Part shown: positions 29,386 through 39,450 of the stretch, in pieces | Layout of the letters: each line of letters starts with the position of its first letter | Position numbering within the stretch: the first letter of the stretch is position 1 | Assembly: GCA_002292285.1 (NCBI GenBank) | Contig: DBBP01000021.1 | Location: forward strand, 12,328 to 76,327 | Source: Proteobacteria bacterium UBA981 | Lineage (GTDB): Bacteria > Pseudomonadota > Gammaproteobacteria > Ga0077536 | Reading direction: 5' to 3' | Length of the DNA stretch: 64,000 bases | Notes under the pieces: generated by a model | The model's database searches: none | What the model was told of the DNA's origin: nothing | Seen by the model: only the letters and a program-made list of their open reading frames with translations | Program-made: the position numbers and the translations under genes

Positions 29386-30141
29386 ATGACCGAACACCAG
29401 AAGACTGAGGATTTACTCGACATCCGTGCGGCGGCGGCGCTGCTAAAAGTCAGCGAAACGTCGCTCAGACGCTGGACGACAGCGGGGAAATTACCCTGCT
29501 TACGCATTGGAGGACGACGCGAGCGACGCTTTCGACGCGAAGATCTGGTCGATTTCATGTCGGCCAACGCGTCGTCGCCCGGAAGCTCCCACCCAGGCTC
29601 GGCTGCCAGCATAGAAGACGTTGAGATCCCCTGGGGCCAACATGTGTGTGCCTTTTATGAAAGCGACCGCGGCTTCGGAAAGATCGGGATCCCGTTCATC
29701 CGGCAGGGTTTGGAACGCGATGAACGCTGTTTCGTTGTGGCAGGAAATGCCGTTTGGGACGAACTCAAATCTGATCTGAGGAAGAGTTGTGATGACTTTG
29801 ACGTCCGCCACCAAGCGGGCCAACTCACCCGTCGGAACGCGAGCACCAATCCCGCAGAGGTCTACGACTATTTCGAAGATGCCTTCCTCGAGGCGACACG
29901 TTCCGGTGCTACGCGTCTGCGTGTCCTGGGCGACATGGCGGCCTTTCTGGATGCCGGCTCATCGATCGCGGCGCTGCTTGAGTTCGAGCGACGCTACAAC
30001 GAGACCCTCGCGCATCGATTTGCAGTGATTAGCGTGTGCCAGTACGACGCCCGGCGTTTCTCAGGTCTTGGCGTCCTGGGCGCATTGAAATGCCACGAAG
30101 ACACGCAGCGCTATCCATTGGCCCGGTTTCTGGGGATCTGA
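29386..30141 (+). CDS. Excisionase/MerR-type HTH + MEDS domain regulator (DcmR-like)
   Basis: AAALLKVSETSLRRWT...RERRFRREDL HTH; HVCAFYES, LRVLGDM, CQYDARRF MEDS motifs. Confidence 0.85.
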   Translation: MTEHQKTEDLLDIRAAAALLKVSETSLRRWTTAGKLPCLRIGGRRERRFRREDLVDFMSANASSPGSSHPGSAASIEDVEIPWGQHVCAFYESDRGFGKIGIPFIRQGLERDERCFVVAGNAVWDELKSDLRKSCDDFDVRHQAGQLTRRNASTNPAEVYDYFEDAFLEATRSGATRLRVLGDMAAFLDAGSSIAALLEFERRYNETLAHRFAVISVCQYDARRFSGLGVLGALKCHEDTQRYPLARFLGI

Positions 30142-30275
30142 GTTTCGGCAGGCAGGGGGCGAATCGCCCGACTTGAGAATCTTCGCGTACGGAAAGAGCA
30201 CGTCGGAAAGGCGCGATCCTGCGCACACATGGCGGGAACTCGCCCGCCAATAGCACGGTCACCATCGCTGGCGCG

Positions 30276-31040
30276 CTAAACCTGGCGGCGCAGAAACTCA
30301 TTCATCACGGTCGCAACGAAAACGGGCGCCTCCTGTTGCGGATAATGTCCCGCGTTACCGCACAATGCTATTTCTGCGTTCGGGTACCATTTTTTGAACG
30401 TTGTTTCAGCGGTCGCGAGCGTGAAGGGCTCCATGTCGAATTCGCCGATGATAACCAGCATCGGCGTGGTATTGCCGTCGATGTCGGATAAAAAACCCAT
30501 GTCCGTGAGATTCTTGAGATAGGCTGTCTGGGCGACCTGGCTGCGCGTCGCGCGCGTCTGGCGAATCTTAAAATCCACCCACTCACGGCATAAGCGCGAA
30601 CCCGTCAATGCATCAAAGGCCTCGGCGAGCAGGCCGTTGTCGTCTATGGACCCACTGATGATGGCGAACCCTTCCGGCGTGAAACTCAGTCCACTTGCTG
30701 CGACCGGTGTATTCAGCACCGCAGATTTGATGCGTTCGCCGCCGTCCAACACCACGCGCTGAGCAAGCATGCCGCTCATTGAGTGGCCGACGATGTGAAA
30801 CCGCTGCCAGCCCAGATTGTCAGCTAAGGCAAGAATGTCGCGCGCCGCTTCGGTGGGTGTGAACTCGCCGGGCAAATTCCGCGACTCACCGTAACCGCGC
30901 ACCTCGGTGAACGCGTAAGTAAACGTCTTCGTATCAAAAAAGTTACGCGCGAAATTCCACGTGTCGCGGCAACCGTAAAAATCATGCATGACGATCACGC
31001 CTTCGTCGCCATGCCCGTAAAGTTCGTGTCCAAGTATCAT
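30276..31040 (-). CDS. Alpha/beta hydrolase
   Basis: GHSMSG elbow, RGYGES, GEFD, AGHYP. Confidence 0.85.
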   Translation of the reverse strand: MILGHELYGHGDEGVIVMHDFYGCRDTWNFARNFFDTKTFTYAFTEVRGYGESRNLPGEFTPTEAARDILALADNLGWQRFHIVGHSMSGMLAQRVVLDGGERIKSAVLNTPVAASGLSFTPEGFAIISGSIDDNGLLAEAFDALTGSRLCREWVDFKIRQTRATRSQVAQTAYLKNLTDMGFLSDIDGNTTPMLVIIGEFDMEPFTLATAETTFKKWYPNAEIALCGNAGHYPQQEAPVFVATVMNEFLRRQV

Positions 31041-31057
31041 CGTTAAACCCTGAATAG

Positions 31058-32560
31058 TTAGGCGCGGGATTGCTCGTAGGCATAGGCCGCACGCAGCACC
31101 GTTGCTTCGTCAAAATGTCGGCCGCCAAGCATCAAGCCCACAGGTAATCCACCGACTTCGCCGCATGGAATGGAAATAGCCGGGTGGCCGGTTAAATCAA
31201 ACGCAGGCGTGTTGGGAACCATCTCAAGCGCGCGGGCAACAATTTCCGCTGGACCGGCGTCTGCAGCCGGCAGCAGGGGTGCGGTGATGGGTAACGTCGG
31301 CATAAGTAGAAGGTCGTACGCGCTCAAAATGCTGTCGTAGGCAGCGGTCAGGCGCGGTCGCAAATTTTGCGCCTTTGCGTAGTACAACCCGCCGTACGCT
31401 TGGCTCATGTACTCGCCAGTTCGCATCACGAGCTTGGTTTGTGGACCAAATTTATGCGTCTGCTCGCGCCACGCGGCATGGTAGCGCATGAGGCTCGGCA
31501 CAAATCCACCCGCACGATTCTTGCCGTAACCGTTGTTATGCATCATCGATTCAACCAGGCCCTCGATATAAATCGGGGTCCAGATGGCAGCGCTTACCGT
31601 TTGCATGGGCACCGATGCTTCATCGACTTCGGCACCAAGACGCGTAAATTGCGCGGCTGCGTCGCGCACGCATTGATCGACGGCTGGGTCGGAGTTCGCG
31701 TGACCAAAGCCTTCTCGCACCATGCCAATGCGTAGACCCTGGACACCCTTGTCCAGGCCAGCGCAATAGTCGTCCGTACGGATCCCGGCTTGGTTCGGAT
31801 CAAATCCGTCGGCGCCAACTAATACTTGTAACAACGTCGCATTTTCGGCCACGGTTTTGGTCATTGGCCCGATGTAATCGATGGTCATGTCGATGGGCAT
31901 AGCACCGCTGTAAGGCACCAGGCCGAAAGTCGGCTTGAGCCCCACCACGCCGCAAAATGACGCCGGAATGCGACATGAGCCACCGTGGTCTGTACCCACG
32001 GCCATATCTATCTCGTCGGCCGCAAGTAAAGCCGCGCAACCACTTGAGGACCCGCCCGCAGAGCGCTCGTAATCATGCGGATTGCGGATCGGCCCGGTGG
32101 CATTGGTATGACTGCCGCCCGAGGTACAAAAGTACTCGCTGTGCCCCTTCCCTGCGACATTGCCACCAGCGTCCAAGACCCGCGTGACCACACTCGCGTC
32201 CACATCGGGAACATAGCCTTCCAGGGTGGACGACCCATTCATCATGGGCACACCGGCGACCATAATATTGTCCTTGAAAACGACCCTTTTGCCTGACAAT
32301 GGCCCGCCGGCGGCACCCGCGATATCGGATTTCCAGTACCAGGCGTTATAGGGATTATCTTCCGGGTCCGGCCGATGGCCGCGAGTGCGCGGGTAGTTGA
32401 CTGGCGGTAGATCGTCCGGCAACCCGTCGAGGACTTCATAGATCGACAAATTTCCGTCCATGAGATCGGCAAATTGTTGCGCCTGGCACGCATCAACTTC
32501 GATGTTGACTGCTTCAGCGACGGCCGCAATCTGGTCGGCGCCTGGCCGTGCTATACCCAT
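31058..32560 (-). CDS. Amidase signature family enzyme (resembles nitrile-hydratase-associated amidases)
   Basis: NPYNAWYW, FKDNI (Lys), GGSSSG, GTDHGGSCRIP. Confidence 0.92.
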   Translation of the reverse strand: MGIARPGADQIAAVAEAVNIEVDACQAQQFADLMDGNLSIYEVLDGLPDDLPPVNYPRTRGHRPDPEDNPYNAWYWKSDIAGAAGGPLSGKRVVFKDNIMVAGVPMMNGSSTLEGYVPDVDASVVTRVLDAGGNVAGKGHSEYFCTSGGSHTNATGPIRNPHDYERSAGGSSSGCAALLAADEIDMAVGTDHGGSCRIPASFCGVVGLKPTFGLVPYSGAMPIDMTIDYIGPMTKTVAENATLLQVLVGADGFDPNQAGIRTDDYCAGLDKGVQGLRIGMVREGFGHANSDPAVDQCVRDAAAQFTRLGAEVDEASVPMQTVSAAIWTPIYIEGLVESMMHNNGYGKNRAGGFVPSLMRYHAAWREQTHKFGPQTKLVMRTGEYMSQAYGGLYYAKAQNLRPRLTAAYDSILSAYDLLLMPTLPITAPLLPAADAGPAEIVARALEMVPNTPAFDLTGHPAISIPCGEVGGLPVGLMLGGRHFDEATVLRAAYAYEQSRA

Positions 32561-32700
32561 AGTTGGTCTCCACTTGTGCAGCGAATTGGTTCACGTTTTG
32601 GCGCGCAATCCTTTCACACGCGGGCGTCAGTGTCATCGTTGAACTCTTGGGACGCTTGTGTAAAATCAGCCCGCCCCAATACCTCAGAAGTGATTGAATC

Positions 32701-33087
32701 ATGAGCGTAAAGAACGAAGTCGATGTGCAATTTTTGGCTAATTTCACCCAGGCATGGAATGACCAGGATGTGGATAAGCTAATGGAACACATGGCCGATG
32801 ACTGCACGTTCATGGCGTCAGTTGGCAATGATGTCGAAGGCAGCTTGTGGGTGGGTCGCGAAAAAGTACGCGAAGGTTTTGCGAGCCTGTGGGTGAACTA
32901 TCCGGATGCGCATTTCGAACCGATCGGAGAAGACTTTATTCTGGGCGACCGAGCCTGCTCGGAATGGATATTCACAGGCACGAAAAAATCGGACGGCACG
33001 AAAGTTCGCGCCCGTGGTTGCGACGTTTACACGTTCGTCGATGGCAAAATCTCAATTAAAAATTCCATGCGCAAACAAACGCCCTAG
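32701..33087 (+). CDS. SnoaL/NTF2-like protein
   Basis: AWNDQDVDKLM, SEWIFTGT, GCDVYTF, KNSMRK. Confidence 0.8.
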   Translation: MSVKNEVDVQFLANFTQAWNDQDVDKLMEHMADDCTFMASVGNDVEGSLWVGREKVREGFASLWVNYPDAHFEPIGEDFILGDRACSEWIFTGTKKSDGTKVRARGCDVYTFVDGKISIKNSMRKQTP

Positions 33088-33314
33088 CCTTTTCGGGACC
33101 GGCCAGTTCAAAGCAGCCCTGCCGGTGCAACAGTGCGGCTTCGGCTTGCCGCAACGTATCCGGCAAAACATCGGTGGGCGTCTCACCAGAAAATCCGCCG
33201 TGCTCATCGGCGGCGATAGATGTACTCCACGTTTTCTTCGCTGATCGTGAAGATGCCGGTTCGCTATAGTACGAACCTGACCTCAGCAATCGACTGCGCC
33301 GTCGCTTTTTTCGG

Positions 33315-34181
33315 CTAGGACTCCAATATCGTTCGACCGAGCGTCACTGACGCGTCCGTGAAATGGGCAAGATCCTTGTCCAAATCTGTCAGGGTCAACA
33401 CCTCGCTCGCCGTCGCTATCGCGCCAACGAAGCCCTGCGTGTGCCAGTGACCCGGCGCCGGGAGTGCAGGCAACGTATCAGTGCTTGGATACGGCCAGGG
33501 GTTGATGTAGAAATACGGCTCGCCATAGGTGTCATCACCCGGTGACATGCCAACACCAATGCCGCGCGCGGATTCGAAATCACCGGCTTCGAGGCCAATG
33601 TACGTTGCGATGTCGAAATGATGCGGCCAGCAGCGGATCGGGCTTGGGCCAGGATGAAGGTGCGCGAGTTTGTTCACTGTGGCCGTCAGGATTTTCTCGG
33701 CAAGCCCATACCAGGACGCCAGGGCCTCCAGTTCCGCGGCAATCTCTTCTGGCGCGTAGGCGGTGATCTGCTCGACCGATGCGGGAAGATCGTAAGGCAA
33801 GACGGTCGAGCTCATGGGCGCAAGGCCGGCGTCGGTAAGTTGCGCGTCCAGCCATTCAGTTGCATCCGGGTCGGTAGCGCCGGAGAGCGCGTGGGCTGCA
33901 ATTTCCTGCTCGTTGCAGATGACAATCAACTCGAAGCGTGAGACGGCAAATCCAACAACGATTGTGCCGCTTTCGCCAGTTAACGGTTGCGCCAGAAACG
34001 CGCCGTGTTTTCCGTTCCATTCAAGATTGGAGTGGCTGTCGTCGGGCGCTGCGGGGAGGTTCGCCCGAGCCGACCTTGTTACCAGCTGAACGGCCTTGTG
34101 TGCCAAGTCCCGCGCGGCGCCCAATTTTGCCGGCGCAATACGCCGGAGGTTGTCCAGGTCGTTCATTGTCATAGGTCCCAT
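33315..34181 (-). CDS. Conserved hypothetical protein (DUF5996-like)
   Basis: DDSHSNL, WPHHFDIA, GMSPGD..YGEPYFYINPWP; last gene of the Rieske operon. Confidence 0.55.
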   Translation of the reverse strand: MGPMTMNDLDNLRRIAPAKLGAARDLAHKAVQLVTRSARANLPAAPDDSHSNLEWNGKHGAFLAQPLTGESGTIVVGFAVSRFELIVICNEQEIAAHALSGATDPDATEWLDAQLTDAGLAPMSSTVLPYDLPASVEQITAYAPEEIAAELEALASWYGLAEKILTATVNKLAHLHPGPSPIRCWPHHFDIATYIGLEAGDFESARGIGVGMSPGDDTYGEPYFYINPWPYPSTDTLPALPAPGHWHTQGFVGAIATASEVLTLTDLDKDLAHFTDASVTLGRTILES

Positions 34182-34208
34182 TCAATTGTGCGGGCGGTCC
34201 ACACCTGT

Positions 34209-36212
34209 TTAAACCAGTTCCGGGTCGGTCATGACCTCGACCAATGCCGGGCCTTCGTACGCCAGTGCATCGACGATAGCCTCTTTCAGCGCATCGGCTT
34301 GCACGACGCTTTGGCCATGCCCACAGCACAACGTTGCAAATGCTGCGAACGAGGGATTGTGGAGGTTCGTTTCCCAAACCGGCCATTCGCCGGCCCGCTG
34401 CTCCTTGGAAATTTTTCCAAGTTCGCCGTTGTTGAGGAGGATATGGGTGATGTCCATCCCGTGTTTGACGGCGGTGGTGAAATCCATCGGGTACTGTCCG
34501 AATCCGCCATCGCCGGAGATTGAGACAATCTTGCGGCCGGCGAATTCGGCAAAATCCTGCGTTGCTGACCACGCGCCTATCGCAGCAGGAAAGGCAAAGC
34601 CGATTGAGCCGAGATAGCCCGACATGAGCACCCGTTGGCCCTTGGTCTCGAAGTAACGGCCAAATGAATAGGTGTTGTTGCCAACGTCTACAGCGATCAC
34701 GGCATCATCAGGACAGACCTCCGAAAGAACGCTGAATATCGCCGCCGAATGAACGCCCTGGCCGCGTTCCTCGCCGAGGCGTGATGCCTTTTCCGCTCGC
34801 CAGATGCGCCAGCGCTCGACCAATTCCGCAACTTGATCCGCGCGGTCGTCCGGGCGCGAAATTCGCGGCGCGATGGCTGCACAGAAAGCCCCGATTTCCC
34901 CCCATACCGGCAGTGCGACAGGGTGAAATTTGCCCAGTTGCATGCGCTCAAAATCGACCTGGATGATCGGTTTCGAACGTTCGATGCCGGTGTGATTGGC
35001 GAACGATGAACCGAGTGCGATGATCAGATCGGTTTCGTTCATCAACCAGCTTGCAATCGGCGTACCGGACCGTCCCAGCACGCCGGCGGCATTGGGATGC
35101 GCATCCGGGATCAGCCCTTTTGCCTTGAAAGTCGTCAGCACCGGCGCGCCAAGTTTTTCGGCGAATTCGACGATGGCCTTCCGGGCTGAGAATGCACCGT
35201 GCCCGACGATGACGATCGGACGCTTGGCGTTGCCGATCATGGCGGCGGCCGCCTCAATATCGTCATCTGACGGAATCACAACCGAACCCGAAATTCGCCC
35301 GTCCACTGTGCCCGCTTCGGCATCGCTCGGCAGTGTTTGAATGTCGTCGGGAAAGATCAGATGCGCAACGTCGCGCTCAACCAGCGCCGTCCTGCAGGCG
35401 AGCGACATCAGCTCTGCATGGTTCGATGTACTCAGGACCGGCTGCGAGAAGCGCGTTACCGCGTCGAAGGCGGATTTGAGATCGATGTCTTGAAAAGCCC
35501 CAGGCCCAAACACCTGGGTCTGCACTTGCCCGGTCAGGGCCAACACCGGCGCGCGGTCGACCTTGGCGTCCCAAAGTCCGGTTAGCAGGTTGGTCGCACC
35601 AGGCCCGGCGATCGTCAGGCAGGCGGCAGGTATGCCCGTCAGCTTGCCGTACGCAGAGGCGGCAAATGCTGCGGCCCCTTCGTGGCGCACGCCAACGTAG
35701 GCGAGTTCGCCGTCCAGCACGCGCAGCCGAATGGCATCGGACAATCCGAGGTTCGAGTGCCCGACGATACCGAACACGCGCTTCACACCCCAATTGACCA
35801 TGGTTTCGGCCATAAGATCTGTGACGGTGCGCGTATGCGTCGGCGCCGGTTCCAGGCCAACGAGAATGGCGTCGTCACGGATCTCCACCGGGTACAGCGT
35901 CTGGCCACTATCCGCATGCCCGCCGGGTGGCGCCCCGGTCAATGGATCGAAATCCCACCCGTGCCACGGACAACGGATCCAGCAGTTCCCATCTACGCCA
36001 GTTTCGATCGACCCCTCACCGAGCGGGCCACCCTGGTGGGGACAATGATTGTCCATCGCCGCCCACTGACCATCGAAATGAGAGAGGCAAATGGACACGG
36101 TCCGCACCGTGACCGTTTTGACCCGCCCCTCGGGTAAATCGTTGATGTGCTCTACTTCGATCCAGTCGAGGTTCTCAGTGTCCATGCTGCTCGCACCATT
36201 TCGTTTGCTCAT
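34209..36212 (-). CDS. Rieske [2Fe-2S] domain fused to a ThDP-dependent pyruvate-oxidase-like enzyme
   Basis: CPHQGG...CPWHGW Rieske ligands; RHEGAAAF, IAGPGATNL, GDGG...NN ThDP motif; ATGA overlap with upstream gene. Confidence 0.88.
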   Translation of the reverse strand: MSKRNGASSMDTENLDWIEVEHINDLPEGRVKTVTVRTVSICLSHFDGQWAAMDNHCPHQGGPLGEGSIETGVDGNCWIRCPWHGWDFDPLTGAPPGGHADSGQTLYPVEIRDDAILVGLEPAPTHTRTVTDLMAETMVNWGVKRVFGIVGHSNLGLSDAIRLRVLDGELAYVGVRHEGAAAFAASAYGKLTGIPAACLTIAGPGATNLLTGLWDAKVDRAPVLALTGQVQTQVFGPGAFQDIDLKSAFDAVTRFSQPVLSTSNHAELMSLACRTALVERDVAHLIFPDDIQTLPSDAEAGTVDGRISGSVVIPSDDDIEAAAAMIGNAKRPIVIVGHGAFSARKAIVEFAEKLGAPVLTTFKAKGLIPDAHPNAAGVLGRSGTPIASWLMNETDLIIALGSSFANHTGIERSKPIIQVDFERMQLGKFHPVALPVWGEIGAFCAAIAPRISRPDDRADQVAELVERWRIWRAEKASRLGEERGQGVHSAAIFSVLSEVCPDDAVIAVDVGNNTYSFGRYFETKGQRVLMSGYLGSIGFAFPAAIGAWSATQDFAEFAGRKIVSISGDGGFGQYPMDFTTAVKHGMDITHILLNNGELGKISKEQRAGEWPVWETNLHNPSFAAFATLCCGHGQSVVQADALKEAIVDALAYEGPALVEVMTDPELV

Positions 36213-37819
36213 GACAAGCCACCGTAACGCACGCCCGACAAGTCCGATATGTCCTTCTTCCACGCCGTCAGATCGTCTAGCGCGAATTTGGACAGATGAT
36301 CGTGGCCACAAGCACGCGCCATTACCTGCATGAGTTCAACCGATGCCCGGAAGAAATTGTTCAACTGATTGGCCGATTTCTCGATGACCAGACGATTTAT
36401 AAGATGCGGTTTCTGCGTAGCGATGCCGACCGGACAATTGTTTGAGTGGCAGGCGCGCATGGCGATACAACCAATCGCCTGCATGGCTGCATTGGAGACC
36501 GCAATCGCATCGGCCCCAAGTGCCAGCGCCTTGATGAAATCGGCAGGTTTGCGCAGGCCACCGGTGATGACAAGCGTGATGTCGCTGCGGTTCGTCTGGT
36601 CGAGATGCCTGCGTGCCCGCGCCAACGCGGCGATCGTTGGTACCGATATGTTGTCGCGAAAAATAATCGGCGCTGCGCCTGTTCCGCCGCCACGCCCGTC
36701 CAGGATAATGTAGTCGACACCAACCTCCAGCGCCGCATCGATGTCTTTTTCGATGTGTTGCGCGGAAAGCTTGTAGCCAATCGGAATACCCCCGGTGCGA
36801 TCACGAACTTGATCAGCGAAGTCGCGTATCTGGCTGACCTCAGTCCAATCTGGGAAACGCGGCGGCGAAATCGCCGACTCGCCCTCCTTCAGGCCGCGCA
36901 CTTCTGCGATTTTTCCCCGCACCTTGGCGCCAGGCAAATGCCCACCGGTGCCGGTCTTGGCACCTTGTCCACCCTTGAAGTGGAATGCTTGGACGAGCGC
37001 GAGCGTCTCCCAATCAAATCCAAAGCGCGCCGAGGCCAGTTCATAGAAGTATCGCGAATTAGCTTGCTGTTCTTCCGGGAGCATGCCGCCCTCCCCGGAA
37101 CAGATGCCAGTCCCTGCTAGCTCTGCGCCCCGTGCTAGCGCAACTTTCGCGGGCTCCGACAGAGCGCCGAAACTCATGTCCGAGACGAGTAGCGGTATCG
37201 CTAAAGTCAGCGGCTTTTGAGCATTCCGGCCGATTACGACCTCGGTGCCCACGTCATGTTCGTCAAGCAAAGGTGGGCGATGCAACTGTGCCGTAATGAT
37301 CTGGATGTCATCCCACGAAGGCAGTTGGTCGCGTGGGACGCCCATCGCTGCCATTTCTCCGTGATGCCCGGTCTTAGAGAGCCCTTCGCGCGCATACTTC
37401 TGGATCAGCGCGTTGTAAGGCTCCTCGTCCGAACCATGGCCGGTGTCGGCGTAAAGGCCAAGATACGCATCACGATTGAACGGTTGCGGGTTTGCGATTG
37501 CCCATTCGGCAATCTCGTCTGCATCGACCCGGACTTCATCATCTTCGATCCATGACGAGAATTTCGGTAACACTTCTGTGTTCGCATACTCTGACACACC
37601 GGTGTCCAGCCGGTAATCCCAATCGTGCACGCCGCACACCAGGTTATTCCCGCGCACGAATCCGTCAGACATCAGCGCGCCGCGATGCAGACACCGACCG
37701 TAGAAAACGGACACGTCGTCATCGATTCGCACGACGACCAAGTCGACTTCGCCGACCAGGGCATAGACCGGTTCTCGATCCTGTAACTCATCGAATTTGG
37801 CAACTGAGGCGCTTTTCAT
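36209..37819 (-). CDS. Rieske [2Fe-2S] domain fused to an FMN-binding glutamate synthase family domain
   Basis: CLHRG...CGVHDW Rieske; MSFGALS, SGEGG, QGAKTGTGGHLPG, DGRGGGTGA, CIAMRACHSNNC [3Fe-4S] motif. Confidence 0.9.
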   Translation of the reverse strand: MKSASVAKFDELQDREPVYALVGEVDLVVVRIDDDVSVFYGRCLHRGALMSDGFVRGNNLVCGVHDWDYRLDTGVSEYANTEVLPKFSSWIEDDEVRVDADEIAEWAIANPQPFNRDAYLGLYADTGHGSDEEPYNALIQKYAREGLSKTGHHGEMAAMGVPRDQLPSWDDIQIITAQLHRPPLLDEHDVGTEVVIGRNAQKPLTLAIPLLVSDMSFGALSEPAKVALARGAELAGTGICSGEGGMLPEEQQANSRYFYELASARFGFDWETLALVQAFHFKGGQGAKTGTGGHLPGAKVRGKIAEVRGLKEGESAISPPRFPDWTEVSQIRDFADQVRDRTGGIPIGYKLSAQHIEKDIDAALEVGVDYIILDGRGGGTGAAPIIFRDNISVPTIAALARARRHLDQTNRSDITLVITGGLRKPADFIKALALGADAIAVSNAAMQAIGCIAMRACHSNNCPVGIATQKPHLINRLVIEKSANQLNNFFRASVELMQVMARACGHDHLSKFALDDLTAWKKDISDLSGVRYGGLS

Positions 37820-39102
37820 TGGTCTTGCGAACTCCGATTTTGATGAGGTGTGCTTGCAACTGTAACGAGCGGCTTCGCCGAAACCGCGATCAGTTCAGCT
37901 TCCGGGCAGGCGCCCATCGCGCCAACCCTGGTTGCGTACCAACGCGCCGCCGGCATCGCGCTCAATCCATGTAACAGTGCGCTGATCCAAACCGCGTTAA
38001 TCGCGATCGCTAAAACTGGCGCGGCGAGTTGATCAGTGATCTTCGGCAGTATAAGCAGTGCAAAGAGCGCCGTTGCCAACCCGCGTGGTCCAAACCAGCC
38101 AAAGAAAATGCGCGTCACTGGCGATGCATCGGTTCCGCTGAGCGAAATCCAGATCGCCAAGGGCCGAACCACAAACAGGCTGATCAGGATGATTGCCAAT
38201 ATAGATGGCGTCAGGTGCAGCAGGGCTTCGGGAATAAGCGCGAGTCCGATCAGAAAGAACGCGGCCCACGTCAGCATCTGACCTTCGCTCTCAGTGAACT
38301 CGTAGATAAATTTACAATGCCCCTTAACGACATTTCCAAAGCACAGGCCCCCTACAAACGCTGCGATAAAGCCGTTGCCCCCAACCTGGGTTGCGCCGAG
38401 ATAGGCGCTGCCAGCGAGGGCTAACACGCCAATACCTTCGAACGTGTTTGATGTCAGGCCCTGTTTGTCAGCAAGCAACACCAGTTTTCCGCCGACAATA
38501 CCGATAACAATTCCTACCAGTGGGCCAAGCCCCAGCTGCTTGATGACGAAAACGGTCCAATTGGTCTGCGTGCCATCCATCGCGTTTGCCGCGAGACTGG
38601 CGAAAAGCAATATCGCGGGTAGGGCAAGCCCGTCGTTAAGGCCGCTTTCCACGGTCAGTGCCCGCCTGACCCGGTCAGGGACAATAGGGTTAGTGACAAC
38701 AGCCTGACCGAGTGCCGCGTCAGTCGGCGCGAGAATCGACGCCACCAATGCGACCACCACCAAAGGCCAACCCGGCAGAAACGGAAAGGCTGCAAGCGTG
38801 CCCAGCACGATGGCGGCGGGCAGCCCCAGAAACAGCATTCTTACGGGCCACACATGTTGCTTGCGCAATGCGGATAGATCGATCTGTGCCGCGTCCACAA
38901 ACAGCAAAATCAAGAGAGCAATTTCCGCGACCAGGTGGAGACCGTGCACGGCTTCCTTTTGCGGCAGCAAACCGGTCATGGAAAGCGCCAAGCCTAGCGT
39001 CAGGAACACCATTGGCGCTGTTACGATAGTTGTGCGCAGGCGATTCGCCACCAACGTGAACGCAGCCGTAAAAATGGCAACGATCAGTAAACCCGTTGTC
39101 AC
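37816..39102 (-). CDS. Cation:proton antiporter (CPA1/NhaP-like)
   Basis: LAPTDAALG, VESGLNDG, GWFGPRGLA. Confidence 0.88.
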   Translation of the reverse strand: MTTGLLIVAIFTAAFTLVANRLRTTIVTAPMVFLTLGLALSMTGLLPQKEAVHGLHLVAEIALLILLFVDAAQIDLSALRKQHVWPVRMLFLGLPAAIVLGTLAAFPFLPGWPLVVVALVASILAPTDAALGQAVVTNPIVPDRVRRALTVESGLNDGLALPAILLFASLAANAMDGTQTNWTVFVIKQLGLGPLVGIVIGIVGGKLVLLADKQGLTSNTFEGIGVLALAGSAYLGATQVGGNGFIAAFVGGLCFGNVVKGHCKFIYEFTESEGQMLTWAAFFLIGLALIPEALLHLTPSILAIILISLFVVRPLAIWISLSGTDASPVTRIFFGWFGPRGLATALFALLILPKITDQLAAPVLAIAINAVWISALLHGLSAMPAARWYATRVGAMGACPEAELIAVSAKPLVTVASTPHQNRSSQDQ

Positions 39103-39450
39103 AGGCTCCGTCCTATCTCTTGGTGGCAGTGGTTTGAATTAGTTACTTCCCTCGGGTGTCGATATGAATTACGACGCGCAGCAGATTCAGTCGTATTCAG
39201 AAACGCCGCTGCCACATGATAGCCGACGTCACACGAGGTGCCGCTGGTTCTACCGAGTGACTCGTCCTTGAAGCCATTGCTTGAAGGCCAGCGCATTGTG
39301 CTTCAGCAACTGATACATCGATGTAAGTAATACGTCGCCCGAAGCCCCTACGAAACGATGTTTCGAAAAACTTCGTTTTTTACTCGCAGCTTTCCATAAC
39401 GCCCTGCGTGGTTTTTGTGAGCGTAGGTCGAGTAGGAACAAAACGACCAG

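Noticed and set aside
39103-39450. Short ORFs or gene remnant upstream of the antiporter
   Set aside because: No motif I can confidently assign
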